Below are positions 39,190 to 46,734 of a DNA stretch of 64,000 bases, piece by piece; position 1 is the stretch's first letter, and every line of letters starts with the position of its first letter. This DNA is from an uncultured Verrucomicrobiae bacterium (GTDB lineage: Bacteria > Verrucomicrobiota > Verrucomicrobiia > Chthoniobacterales > UBA10450). The DNA lies in NCBI GenBank assembly GCA_963756875.1, contig CAVWPA010000001.1, positions 384,001 to 448,000 of the forward strand, written 5' to 3'. A program made the translations under genes and the position numbers. A model generated the notes under the pieces. It worked only from the letters and a program-made list of their open reading frames with translations. It did no database searches and was not told the origin of the DNA.

Positions 39190-39545
39190 GCTCGTTAAGC
39201 GTCACCATGGCACAAGAATGTTTGTGGACGAACGGGTAACAATCGCGAAAAAAGTGCTGCTATGTGGGATTACTGTCCTCCTTCGGTAATCGGTTCCTTG
39301 AAGAGCAATCTGCCGATTACGCGGCCATTTCTCTAGCGCATTCTCTTCACCTCGATCTCAAATGTTCGCCCAATTGCAGTCGGGGCAGCCAATCTGAAGC
39401 AAACGCGCGGTCAACGGGAAGCAGGGTTGCCGGATGAGAACGGATTTGATAGTCTCGGGCCCGGCATCAGGAACGACTCTGAAAGGAGTCTGGCAACCCC
39501 GCGGATAAATTATCGGACTGTTTTTTAACGAAACACTATTGATCT

Positions 39546-39989
39546 ATGAAAAAACTCTTTCTCGACTTCATCTTGGCTCTGATTGTCATTTCCTCCCTTT
39601 TCGCACTTCCGCTAACGGCGTTGATTTTTCAACAAAGCGCAAAACTAGCGGACGAGGTAGCGGCTTGGAATAAGCAATGTGGGGAGAAGCCCTCTTATGA
39701 CGAGGCCTGCATGAAAAGACGTTACAAAATTAGTGGGGAGTTGGGCCAATTTGTTGCGCTCATTAATGACGAGCTAGATGGTCTTCGAGGTATAAGCCCT
39801 GATGCTACTGCTGATTTCGTTAAAGAAGTAGAAGGCCGGCGCAAGATTATGGAACTCGAAGTTCGTAATGCACTCTATGTTATCAAATGCGTCGGCGGTG
39901 TCCCTTCGAGTGGACCTGCCATGTCGGCAAAGCGCAGTTTTAACCGTCAGAGAGTAATACCTGTGCCGACTCCAAGGATAGACGGCTGA
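39546..39989 (+). CDS. Hypothetical membrane-anchored or secreted helical protein (C-terminus possibly frameshifted)
   Basis: N-terminal hydrophobic segment, Cys residues. Confidence 0.65.
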   Translation: MKKLFLDFILALIVISSLFALPLTALIFQQSAKLADEVAAWNKQCGEKPSYDEACMKRRYKISGELGQFVALINDELDGLRGISPDATADFVKEVEGRRKIMELEVRNALYVIKCVGGVPSSGPAMSAKRSFNRQRVIPVPTPRIDG

Positions 39990-40220
39990 AACCTCCGAAT
40001 TCAACAGACATAACTACCGATATTTAAACCGTCGAAGCTGTTACTGGGACCGAACGTAGCGTCGAAGATCTTCGTTCTGTGCACGAGCGTGCGAAAGTTA
40101 CTTCGGAAAATTGTTACAACGTGTGGCGACGTTCGGAATATCCTAAATCTTCATTAGCACTGCTCATTGGCGCCTCGCAGCTCTGGTGTTAGTTTTCTAA
40201 GCCAGCGAGCTAGCTGTGCG

Positions 40221-40679
40221 TTACTGTGCCAGAAATTTCGTCGCTTCCCTCAGCTTTTCTTCAAACCTTGGAAAATCCTTCTTAGCCAGCGGGAAAACGA
40301 CCATTTTCTCTCCCACTATTTGCAACGCCAGATCACCGTCCCGGCCGCTCCAGATTTCGACGAACCCCCCGAGGGTCCCTTTCAATTCACATATTTTGTG
40401 ATCCGGAGCCACCCTCTTGGCCTTTTTCCAACAATCAACGAACTTGGTCCAGTCGTCGCGCAACAAGACCACTTGTTGGAGTTCCTCGCCGGTAACGTCG
40501 ATCTGGATGACAACGAATTTCCGTTGCCCACTTCTCCCAACTGCCAGCGTTAGATAGCGATCCCCGTTTCTAATATCGTACAGCATTCTGGAGCTGTCTT
40601 GGTCAGCTGCCACGGCTGGCTTAGAGAATAACAGGACAAGCGCGCAAACTGGCAGAGACCAACTTAACCTGAACCTCAT
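40221..40679 (-). CDS. Hypothetical secreted protein
   Basis: Signal peptide (AVA-A). Confidence 0.75.
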   Translation of the reverse strand: MRFRLSWSLPVCALVLLFSKPAVAADQDSSRMLYDIRNGDRYLTLAVGRSGQRKFVVIQIDVTGEELQQVVLLRDDWTKFVDCWKKAKRVAPDHKICELKGTLGGFVEIWSGRDGDLALQIVGEKMVVFPLAKKDFPRFEEKLREATKFLAQ

Positions 40680-40688
40680 TGGACGTGC

Positions 40689-40718
40689 AGGTTAGTGCCC
40701 TGCGGGAAGAGAGTCAAG
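40689..40718 (-). promoter_or_regulatory. Partial copy 4 of the module core, also readable as a sigma70 promoter
   Basis: Minus strand cTTGACTctcttcccgcagggcacTAACCT: 17/19 match to tgaccctctttccgcaggg; TTGACT-17-TAACCT. Confidence 0.6.
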
Positions 40719-40733
40719 ATGCTTACGATTAGG

Positions 40734-40760
40734 GTAGTGTCCTAAAAATTAGGACACTAC
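40734..40760. repeat. Perfect 12-bp inverted repeat
   Basis: gtagtgtcctaa-aaa-ttaggacactac. Confidence 0.9.
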
Positions 40761-40800
40761 TACAATTAGAGAATTCCGACGAAGTTAGATCTTTTGCGGC

Positions 40801-41097
40801 TCATGGTTGTGGCTCACTTCGTAACCTTTCATCGTATGCCGCAAGCAGATTTTTCAGATACTTCCGCACCTGCGCGTCACCGACCCTAGCCACCGGCCCC
40901 AGATTCGTTGAAGGCGCCGCCAGCTCCGCGCGGATCTCGCTCATCACGCGTCTGCAGAGTTCGTTACTGTCCGGTTCGGTAGCCAAACGCGCTCCAGCTG
41001 CCCGCGGATCCGCTTCATAGCGGAACCGGCACAGATAGAAAATAGTTCTGATTCGGTCTATTGCTCCTTTGGCATTGCTGACCGATGTCCAATCCAT
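40801..41097 (-). CDS. Hypothetical protein
   Basis: 98-aa ORF, no recognisable motif. Confidence 0.5.
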   Translation of the reverse strand: MDWTSVSNAKGAIDRIRTIFYLCRFRYEADPRAAGARLATEPDSNELCRRVMSEIRAELAAPSTNLGPVARVGDAQVRKYLKNLLAAYDERLRSEPQP

Positions 41098-41114
41098 GGT
41101 GAGAACTAGCGAGC

Positions 41115-41270
41115 TTACCCGGGAATCGCGCGTTCGTTTTGATTAACCCAGTCTGGCGGAATGGCGAATTTGCCGGTAGCAGGATAAAAGACGCACCGCC
41201 AACTTTCGAGCCCGAATTTCCTATTCGCGGTGTAGCCGCAAAGTTTCACTGCCAATCCTCCATCAGCATT
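41115..41270 (-). pseudogene. 3' fragment paralogous to CDS 38476-39189
   Basis: DGGLAVKLCGYTANRKFGLESWRCVFYPATGKFAIPPDWVNQNERAIPG* vs NGGLALQLRGYTADRKFGVQGWRCIFYPTTGKFVIPQAWAAQNKNAINR*. Confidence 0.85.
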
Positions 41271-41447
41271 GCACGAGCGCCACCTTTGATCCGCGGTTCA
41301 GCCGAGCCGGAAAGTACGGTGCGCAAACTGAGGCTTGTCGTTGCGAGTGCACTGTTGATCTGCTCGACGGCTTAATTAAACACTTTCCCGTATTCGGCTG
41401 GTTTGATAAGCGCGCCCACGGACTGTCGGTACAGCGCGAATCACCCT

Positions 41448-42398
41448 TCAATACCGCACTGGCAAAGGATGAATGGGTGTATCCGGATGGATTTCCGCAA
41501 TAATTCGATCCACCACGCCCAAGCCCTTATCGGGATCAAGCCAATCCCATTCGCCGTTGGTATTGACCTCCAGATAATAGTAAGTTTTGCCATCGTATAG
41601 AAAATCGAGACGTCCGTAATGCAGCTTTAGTTCCTCCATGTATTGACAGATGGCCGCTTCCGTTCCTTCGGGAAGAGGATGCGGTTTCCAAAGCGGTATT
41701 GTCGCAGCCCTTGCTTCTCTCCAATCGATGATTTTGCCCCCAAGGATGTTTCGGTCCAAGGCGAATCCGAATGATTTGCCGCAAATGAATACCACGGTAA
41801 CATCATGGGTTGCATCTACTTTTTCCTGCTTGAACCATGGCAACGTTGAGTCCAGCTTGTTCGCATCAACGGCGGATGTCCAGAAGTAGTGCCCCGGCTT
41901 AACCCGTTCCTCGGATAGACTCTTAACCACGATTGAACCGGAACTTAGTCCCCCTGCCTGCGGCGGGTAGGCAAACTCGTAGCGCGGCACACTGAAGTAT
42001 TTGCAGGCCAGCTCCATTTGAACAAGCTTGCCCAGCCATTCGCCTGAGGCCGGTTCGATGAGGACAAGTTTATTGTCGCGCCGCAGTAGATTCCGAATCT
42101 CTCGGATGGCCTTTTCGACCTCCCGTTCAATATAGATGGTTTCCTGAAGAATGCCAGGTTCCCAATAAAGTTGGGACTTTATAATCGGCTTGCGCCAAAG
42201 ACATTTAGCTACCTCTTCGCGCCGGATGACGCGCCCTCCTAGGTTAGCAATTTCGAAATCTCCCGCTGTGATGAAAATCTGATATTCTTCCCAAATATCG
42301 AGATTAAACCTAAAGATGCGATCCGGGCCGATCCGGTGGATCAAGCGATCTACAGTCAGATCACGCGAATTCGTGATGATGAGTGTCTGCCTATCCAC
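41448..42398 (-). CDS. ATP-grasp peptide maturase (MvdC/MvdD-like)
   Basis: N-terminal LIITNSRDLTVD..RFN..WRKP pre-grasp domain; VVKSL, QEKV, IDWR, YGRLDF, YLEVNTNGEWDWL. Confidence 0.85.
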   Translation of the reverse strand: MDRQTLIITNSRDLTVDRLIHRIGPDRIFRFNLDIWEEYQIFITAGDFEIANLGGRVIRREEVAKCLWRKPIIKSQLYWEPGILQETIYIEREVEKAIREIRNLLRRDNKLVLIEPASGEWLGKLVQMELACKYFSVPRYEFAYPPQAGGLSSGSIVVKSLSEERVKPGHYFWTSAVDANKLDSTLPWFKQEKVDATHDVTVVFICGKSFGFALDRNILGGKIIDWREARAATIPLWKPHPLPEGTEAAICQYMEELKLHYGRLDFLYDGKTYYYLEVNTNGEWDWLDPDKGLGVVDRIIAEIHPDTPIHPLPVRY

Positions 42399-42491
42399 CC
42401 TATCGACGCGGGCAAAACCTTAGCACAAAAACAGCCGGCCGCGCAGTTACGCACGCACATCCCACCAGCGTAGATTGAGGCCGAAAACGGA

Positions 42492-42678
42492 TTACGTTCT
42501 CTCGCCGTCGTCACTGTGTGTCGGAAACCGGCGGGACAATCCCGTGCTTAACCACTTGCGGATTGCCGTTGGCGTCTACGAGCTGTTGCAAGGTATGATC
42601 GTAATTTCCTTCCAGGGAAATGGAATCTCTCTGTCGGGCAATCTGGTTGAGGCCTATGGTGCTTTGATTTTGAGACAT
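42492..42678 (-). CDS. Putative graspetide (ATP-grasp RiPP) precursor peptide
   Basis: AAAGGA RBS + ATG 42678; MSQNQSTIGLNQIARQRDSISLEGNYDHTLQQLVDANGNPQVVKHG then IVPPVSDTQ* (stop 42511) or, with one G removed, LSRRFPTHSDDGERT* (stop 42492); directly upstream of the ATP-grasp gene. Confidence 0.75.
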
Positions 42679-42722
42679 ATTTTTCCTTTAACATCCTAAA
42701 ATCCACATCAAAGCCAAAAGTG

Positions 42723-42977
42723 TCAAGTGAATTTCAAAAAAGGTGAGACCAAACACTGGATAGCCGAGCCATAGTGCGTATCGTCGCTGTATGCGTCGTG
42801 TTTCAAATACATCACACCATATTGCCCATCCGGTGATATCGTGTCCGAACCGACCATATATTGGCTGTATTCTGCAGGCAGTGTGGGAAGAGTAGCCTGT
42901 GGTGCATCGGCGTCGGCCCGTACCAAGAGTGAGCCGACGATCCAACCGGCAATTAGAATGATAAGCGCCCGCGACAT
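42723..42977 (-). CDS. Secreted protein, probably truncated
   Basis: Signal peptide (VRA-D), ISPDGQYG motif, abrupt end. Confidence 0.55.
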   Translation of the reverse strand: MSRALIILIAGWIVGSLLVRADADAPQATLPTLPAEYSQYMVGSDTISPDGQYGVMYLKHDAYSDDTHYGSAIQCLVSPFLKFT

Positions 42978-43153
42978 GTTTACGTAGTATTAGGTAATCG
43001 TTTCAAGTTCAATCTCAAAATCCGGCTTTGATACCGAAAAAGCAATCTCTTTTAAGTTTGGGAAAGGATGCCGCCAGCAGTCGCAGGAGAAGCAGTGATA
43101 AACTAATCGGGACATTATCTAGAGCCAGTCCCATTGTGGCACGAGCTGGCAAA

Positions 43154-43227
43154 TGGCTGCCTCGCTAGGACTCGAACCTAGACAAAGAGATCCAGAATCT
43201 CTGGTGCTACCATTACACTACGAGGCA
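43154..43227 (-). tRNA. tRNA-Gln(CTG)
   Basis: Reverse complement folds as a cloverleaf: tgcctcg acceptor arm, AGAGA-TTCTGGA-TCTCT anticodon arm, GGTTCGAGTCC T arm, encoded CCA. Confidence 0.97.
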
Positions 43228-43319
43228 AATGAAGGTCGAAAATCTAAAACCGGATTCGGTGTGAGCGCAAGCCGGCCGACGAACGATAAATTCACCGTCT
43301 AGTTGCTCCCTCGAACCCT

Positions 43320-44240
43320 TCAGGCTGCCAGCGTCAACTCCGCTCCTTCACAGGCGGCCTCTACTTCGAGCGACTTGCCGCTTTTTGCAACCAGCGCCTT
43401 GGCCTTTGCCAGCATCGTGTCCACCACGGCATCATCGTGGTTGGGGTCGTGATGAAAGAGGACGAGTTTGCGCGCCTCGGCATCGAGGGCAAGGGAAACG
43501 ACACCGCTGAGCGAACCATGCCCCCATCCCAGATGTTCCTTGTATTCCTCATCCGTGTATTGCGCGTCGAGAATCAGAATGTCGGAGCCGCGCAGGAATT
43601 CGACAAGTTCGGCCCGCTCTTTCTCCGCCCGTTTGCGAGTCTGTTCCGGACTCAAGAGATCGGATTTTGCGGAATGTAATATAAATGAGTCGTAAGGCTC
43701 GTTGTCCGGCAGATAGGCGATCGACCCGTTGCTCGTAAAAAGGCGGTACCCCATGCAAACGCCGGGGTGGTTCATTAATTTCGCGCAGACTCGCACTTTT
43801 CCGATTTGGAAGTCCATTTCGTCAAGCCTGCTGATATCGATCTTGCCCGGCAAATCGTATAATCTTACTGGGAAAAACGGCGTGGCCATCTGACCCTTGA
43901 GAATCTCACGCAAGCCCGAGTCTGCACCATCGTATCCAAGAATATGGATTTCGTTCTTGTCGTTGTATGCAGGAAGAAAGAATGGAAATCCTTGAATGTG
44001 ATCCCAGTGAACGTGCGTGATCAGCAAGGTCAGATTAATGGGGCGCGATCCGAACTCCTGCTCCAAGGCCATGCCGAGTAGCCGAATTCCGGATCCGGCG
44101 TCCAGGACAATGATTTCTCCGTCGGCACGGACTTCGACGCAACTTGTGTTGCCGCCATAGCGCGCTGTGGTGAGCCCGGGCACTGGAATGGAGCCGCGCA
44201 CTCCCCAGAGCTTGAGCCGAGTGGCGGGTGCCTTTGACAT
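43320..44240 (-). CDS. MBL-fold metallo-hydrolase
   Basis: WGVRGSIP, YGGNTSC, THVHWDH, FHHDP. Confidence 0.92.
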   Translation of the reverse strand: MSKAPATRLKLWGVRGSIPVPGLTTARYGGNTSCVEVRADGEIIVLDAGSGIRLLGMALEQEFGSRPINLTLLITHVHWDHIQGFPFFLPAYNDKNEIHILGYDGADSGLREILKGQMATPFFPVRLYDLPGKIDISRLDEMDFQIGKVRVCAKLMNHPGVCMGYRLFTSNGSIAYLPDNEPYDSFILHSAKSDLLSPEQTRKRAEKERAELVEFLRGSDILILDAQYTDEEYKEHLGWGHGSLSGVVSLALDAEARKLVLFHHDPNHDDAVVDTMLAKAKALVAKSGKSLEVEAACEGAELTLAA

Positions 44241-44368
44241 ACAGGAGCGGGGATTCTGTCATCTAACTGCGACAAATCCAAGAGTTTTTGCAACGAATTC
44301 CGGCCCTGGGATTGATAGGGCCTTTGCAATCAACCAACCCGACAGACAAATAAAAACCGGTGGCTGAC

Positions 44369-44399
44369 AAAAAAGCCGCCGCGGAATCCGCGGCGGCTT
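44369..44399 (-). terminator. Rho-independent terminator after the PEP-CTERM-like gene
   Basis: aagccgccgcgga-a-tccgcggcggctt hairpin followed by a T6 run on the minus strand. Confidence 0.85.
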
Positions 44400-44425
44400 C
44401 TTAGGGAAACAGCAATACTAAATAT

Positions 44426-44998
44426 TTAACTGGCGTGGCGTCTTCGCAGGAACGATGGCACCAGGGAAAGCAGGCCGGCGCCGCAAATGCTCAGGATGGG
44501 GAGCAACGCAGACATTTCCGGCACCGGGACCGAAACGCTGCCGACATTGTCGACCTTTGTTCCCGCGGTCGAACCGGTGCTGCGGGTCGCTTCCGCGGCG
44601 AAGTCCGAGGTGGTGAGTTGGTTCGTATTGGCCACAACCGAGAAGATACCGAGGGCGGCCGACCCATTGATCGCCCCCTGGCCGGTGTAAGTCCAGGTCA
44701 GATTCAGAAGCGACGCGTTATCGGTCGGAATCACGAACGATGGGTTGGTGCCTATCAGGGACGAGGAAAACGCCCAATCCACTGGCTGGATATTGGACCC
44801 GGCAAGGAAATTGCCGAAATCATAGATCGTGAAAAAATCGCCGGGCTGGATCATTTGATCGACGGTGACGTTCGCGGAGTAATTCCAAGTGAAATCAGCG
44901 CCGGCTGGGGCGACGGATGACAGTGTGGGAATCACGTCGGCGCGTACCGTCAGGACCGTTACGCCGAGTGCCAGGGCTATTAAGAATGCTTTCCTCAT
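44426..44998 (-). CDS. PEP-CTERM-like sorted surface protein (VPEMS variant)
   Basis: Signal peptide; C-terminal VPEMSALLP + TM helix + RRR. Confidence 0.85.
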   Translation of the reverse strand: MRKAFLIALALGVTVLTVRADVIPTLSSVAPAGADFTWNYSANVTVDQMIQPGDFFTIYDFGNFLAGSNIQPVDWAFSSSLIGTNPSFVIPTDNASLLNLTWTYTGQGAINGSAALGIFSVVANTNQLTTSDFAAEATRSTGSTAGTKVDNVGSVSVPVPEMSALLPILSICGAGLLSLVPSFLRRRHAS

Positions 44999-45120
44999 AT
45001 GTTTTCTAAGTTCGATATCGATCATGGTATATTTCGATCATGGGCGTCAATATAATTTTTTTGTGCCGGTTTAATGGTTTTTAGAGGGCGTCCAAGGGTG
45101 GTTTGTCCTATGTTTCCCCG

Positions 45121-46734
45121 ATGAATTTGGTGCCCGCAGACGGTCCGGCCCTACGGGACCGTGCTTTCCCCTGGCCGGCCTTTCTGCTGGTGGGACTCTG
45201 GACCTGGGCGGTTTGGAGCTGCGCCGAACACTGGCGGGGGAACCCGAATTATTCCTACGGCTGGGCCGTCCCGCTCTTGGCGATTGGGTTCGCTTTGCGT
45301 CGGTATTTGATCCTGCCGTCCGGCGGTAGAGCGGGCCGCGCCGAGGTGGCTCCAGGGAACCGGGTGCCGGCCTGGGTGCAAATGGTACTGGCGCTAGCTT
45401 CACTGGCCGTGGTGTTTCTGCTCGAATACTCCCGCGATCAAATGTGGCATCCTGAGATCGTCCTTTGGCTCATTTGCCTGCTGACTGTGGTGGCCACAAT
45501 CGCTGTTTTCTGGGATTACGGCGGTAGCCCGCTCGCGCGAACCGAGCTCTTTCCCGTCCTTTTTTTTCTTAGCGCGGTGCCGTGGCCGCCCCGTTTTGAG
45601 CAACCGGTTGTCAGCACGTTGATGCGCTGGGTGGCTGCAGCTACAACCGAATTGCTTCACTGGTTTGGAATCGAGGCACAAACCTCCGGCGCTGCGATCG
45701 CTTTGCGCTCCGGGTTGGTGGGAATCAGTGAGGCTTGCAGCGGAGTTCGCTCATTGCAGGCCGGTATTATGTTTGGCCTGGCGATGGGCGAATGGTTTCT
45801 GCTTCGACCGGCCCGCCGCGTCCTCCTGCTTGTGCTCGCGATCGCTTTGGCACTCGCTACTAATCTGAGCAGGACCCTGGTACTTTCGCTTCAAGCGGAA
45901 TGGCACGGAATCGATTCAGTCGATCGCGTGCACGATCTCATTGGCAACATCACGATTACCGCGCTCATCGCGGCAATCTGGATAGCAGGGAAACTTCTCG
46001 CGCCCCGTGCTCCGGCCCACTCCATGTTGTCACTTGGGCAAATCAGGGACGGATTTCGGCGAATCCTTGGACAAGTAACCATTCCCGTTGCGCCATTGCT
46101 TCGCGCGCTGGCTGTGGGTTGTCTGCTCGGGATGATTTGCGCACGTGCCGGTTACGCATGGGTCGAAAGGCAGGACCAAACCCAAACCGCGCCGCTTTTT
46201 GCGGCAAAGATCAACAGTGCGAACAAATTGATTCGTTTGCCCCGGGAAATCTGGGATGAACTTCGTCCGACGACCGCGGAATACATTCGGCGTCAAAGTG
46301 CAGAATTGCCCGGTGGTACCGCAGATTGTTTTCATTTCTTCTGGAAACCCTCCGCCTGGAATCGATTTGCCCTGGTGCATCGTCCGGATATCTGCATGCC
46401 GGGCGTCGGATGGACACAAACCGAGGCTGCCACGCCGTCCGATGTCGAGCTCGATGGCCGACCGGTTCGATGTCATTTTTTTCGGTTCCGCCGCGGGAAT
46501 ACCTACGCGGTGGAGCTGTGGGGTGTGTGGCGGAACGGCGAGCCGGTTCCGCTCGATTACAACCCTGCCCAGGCCCTGGGTGCCGTTCCGGCGCCGCCTT
46601 CCTTGCAATTGGAAGGGAAACGGCGGTCGGCCACGGAAATCCTAGCTTGCAGCGTAATCGCCAAGGGAAATCCGCCGAGCGACAAGATAGCGATGGCGCT
46701 TTTGCGATCCGTCTTCGAATATAAGAGGCAATGA
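45121..46734 (+). CDS. Exosortase fused to an EpsI-like domain
   Basis: YSYGWAVP, EACSGVRS catalytic Cys, NLSR, VHD; C-terminal HRPDICMPGVGW. Confidence 0.88.
   Translation: MNLVPADGPALRDRAFPWPAFLLVGLWTWAVWSCAEHWRGNPNYSYGWAVPLLAIGFALRRYLILPSGGRAGRAEVAPGNRVPAWVQMVLALASLAVVFLLEYSRDQMWHPEIVLWLICLLTVVATIAVFWDYGGSPLARTELFPVLFFLSAVPWPPRFEQPVVSTLMRWVAAATTELLHWFGIEAQTSGAAIALRSGLVGISEACSGVRSLQAGIMFGLAMGEWFLLRPARRVLLLVLAIALALATNLSRTLVLSLQAEWHGIDSVDRVHDLIGNITITALIAAIWIAGKLLAPRAPAHSMLSLGQIRDGFRRILGQVTIPVAPLLRALAVGCLLGMICARAGYAWVERQDQTQTAPLFAAKINSANKLIRLPREIWDELRPTTAEYIRRQSAELPGGTADCFHFFWKPSAWNRFALVHRPDICMPGVGWTQTEAATPSDVELDGRPVRCHFFRFRRGNTYAVELWGVWRNGEPVPLDYNPAQALGAVPAPPSLQLEGKRRSATEILACSVIAKGNPPSDKIAMALLRSVFEYKRQ

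Larger units (their letters stand above)
35453..43176. mobile_element. Genomic island at tRNA-Gln, no integrase visible
   Basis: Flanked by the tRNA 3'-end direct repeat; AT-richer than flanks; short unrecognised genes and gene fragments. Confidence 0.85.

Noticed and set aside
39382..39500. c-di-GMP-I or SAM-I riboswitch (GGGTTGCCG / CCGGCAACC sub-motifs)
   Set aside because: The other conserved core elements are absent; kept only as an unclassified candidate
35945..41097. Classical integron cassette array
   Set aside because: No IntI; the post-gene hairpin at 36149-36182 is too short for attC, and I found no repeated RYYYAAC...GTTRRRY pairs
41263..41451. 62-aa ORF downstream of the ATP-grasp gene as the RiPP precursor
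   Set aside because: No acidic core or leader-like motif; the upstream ORF at 42678 fits far better
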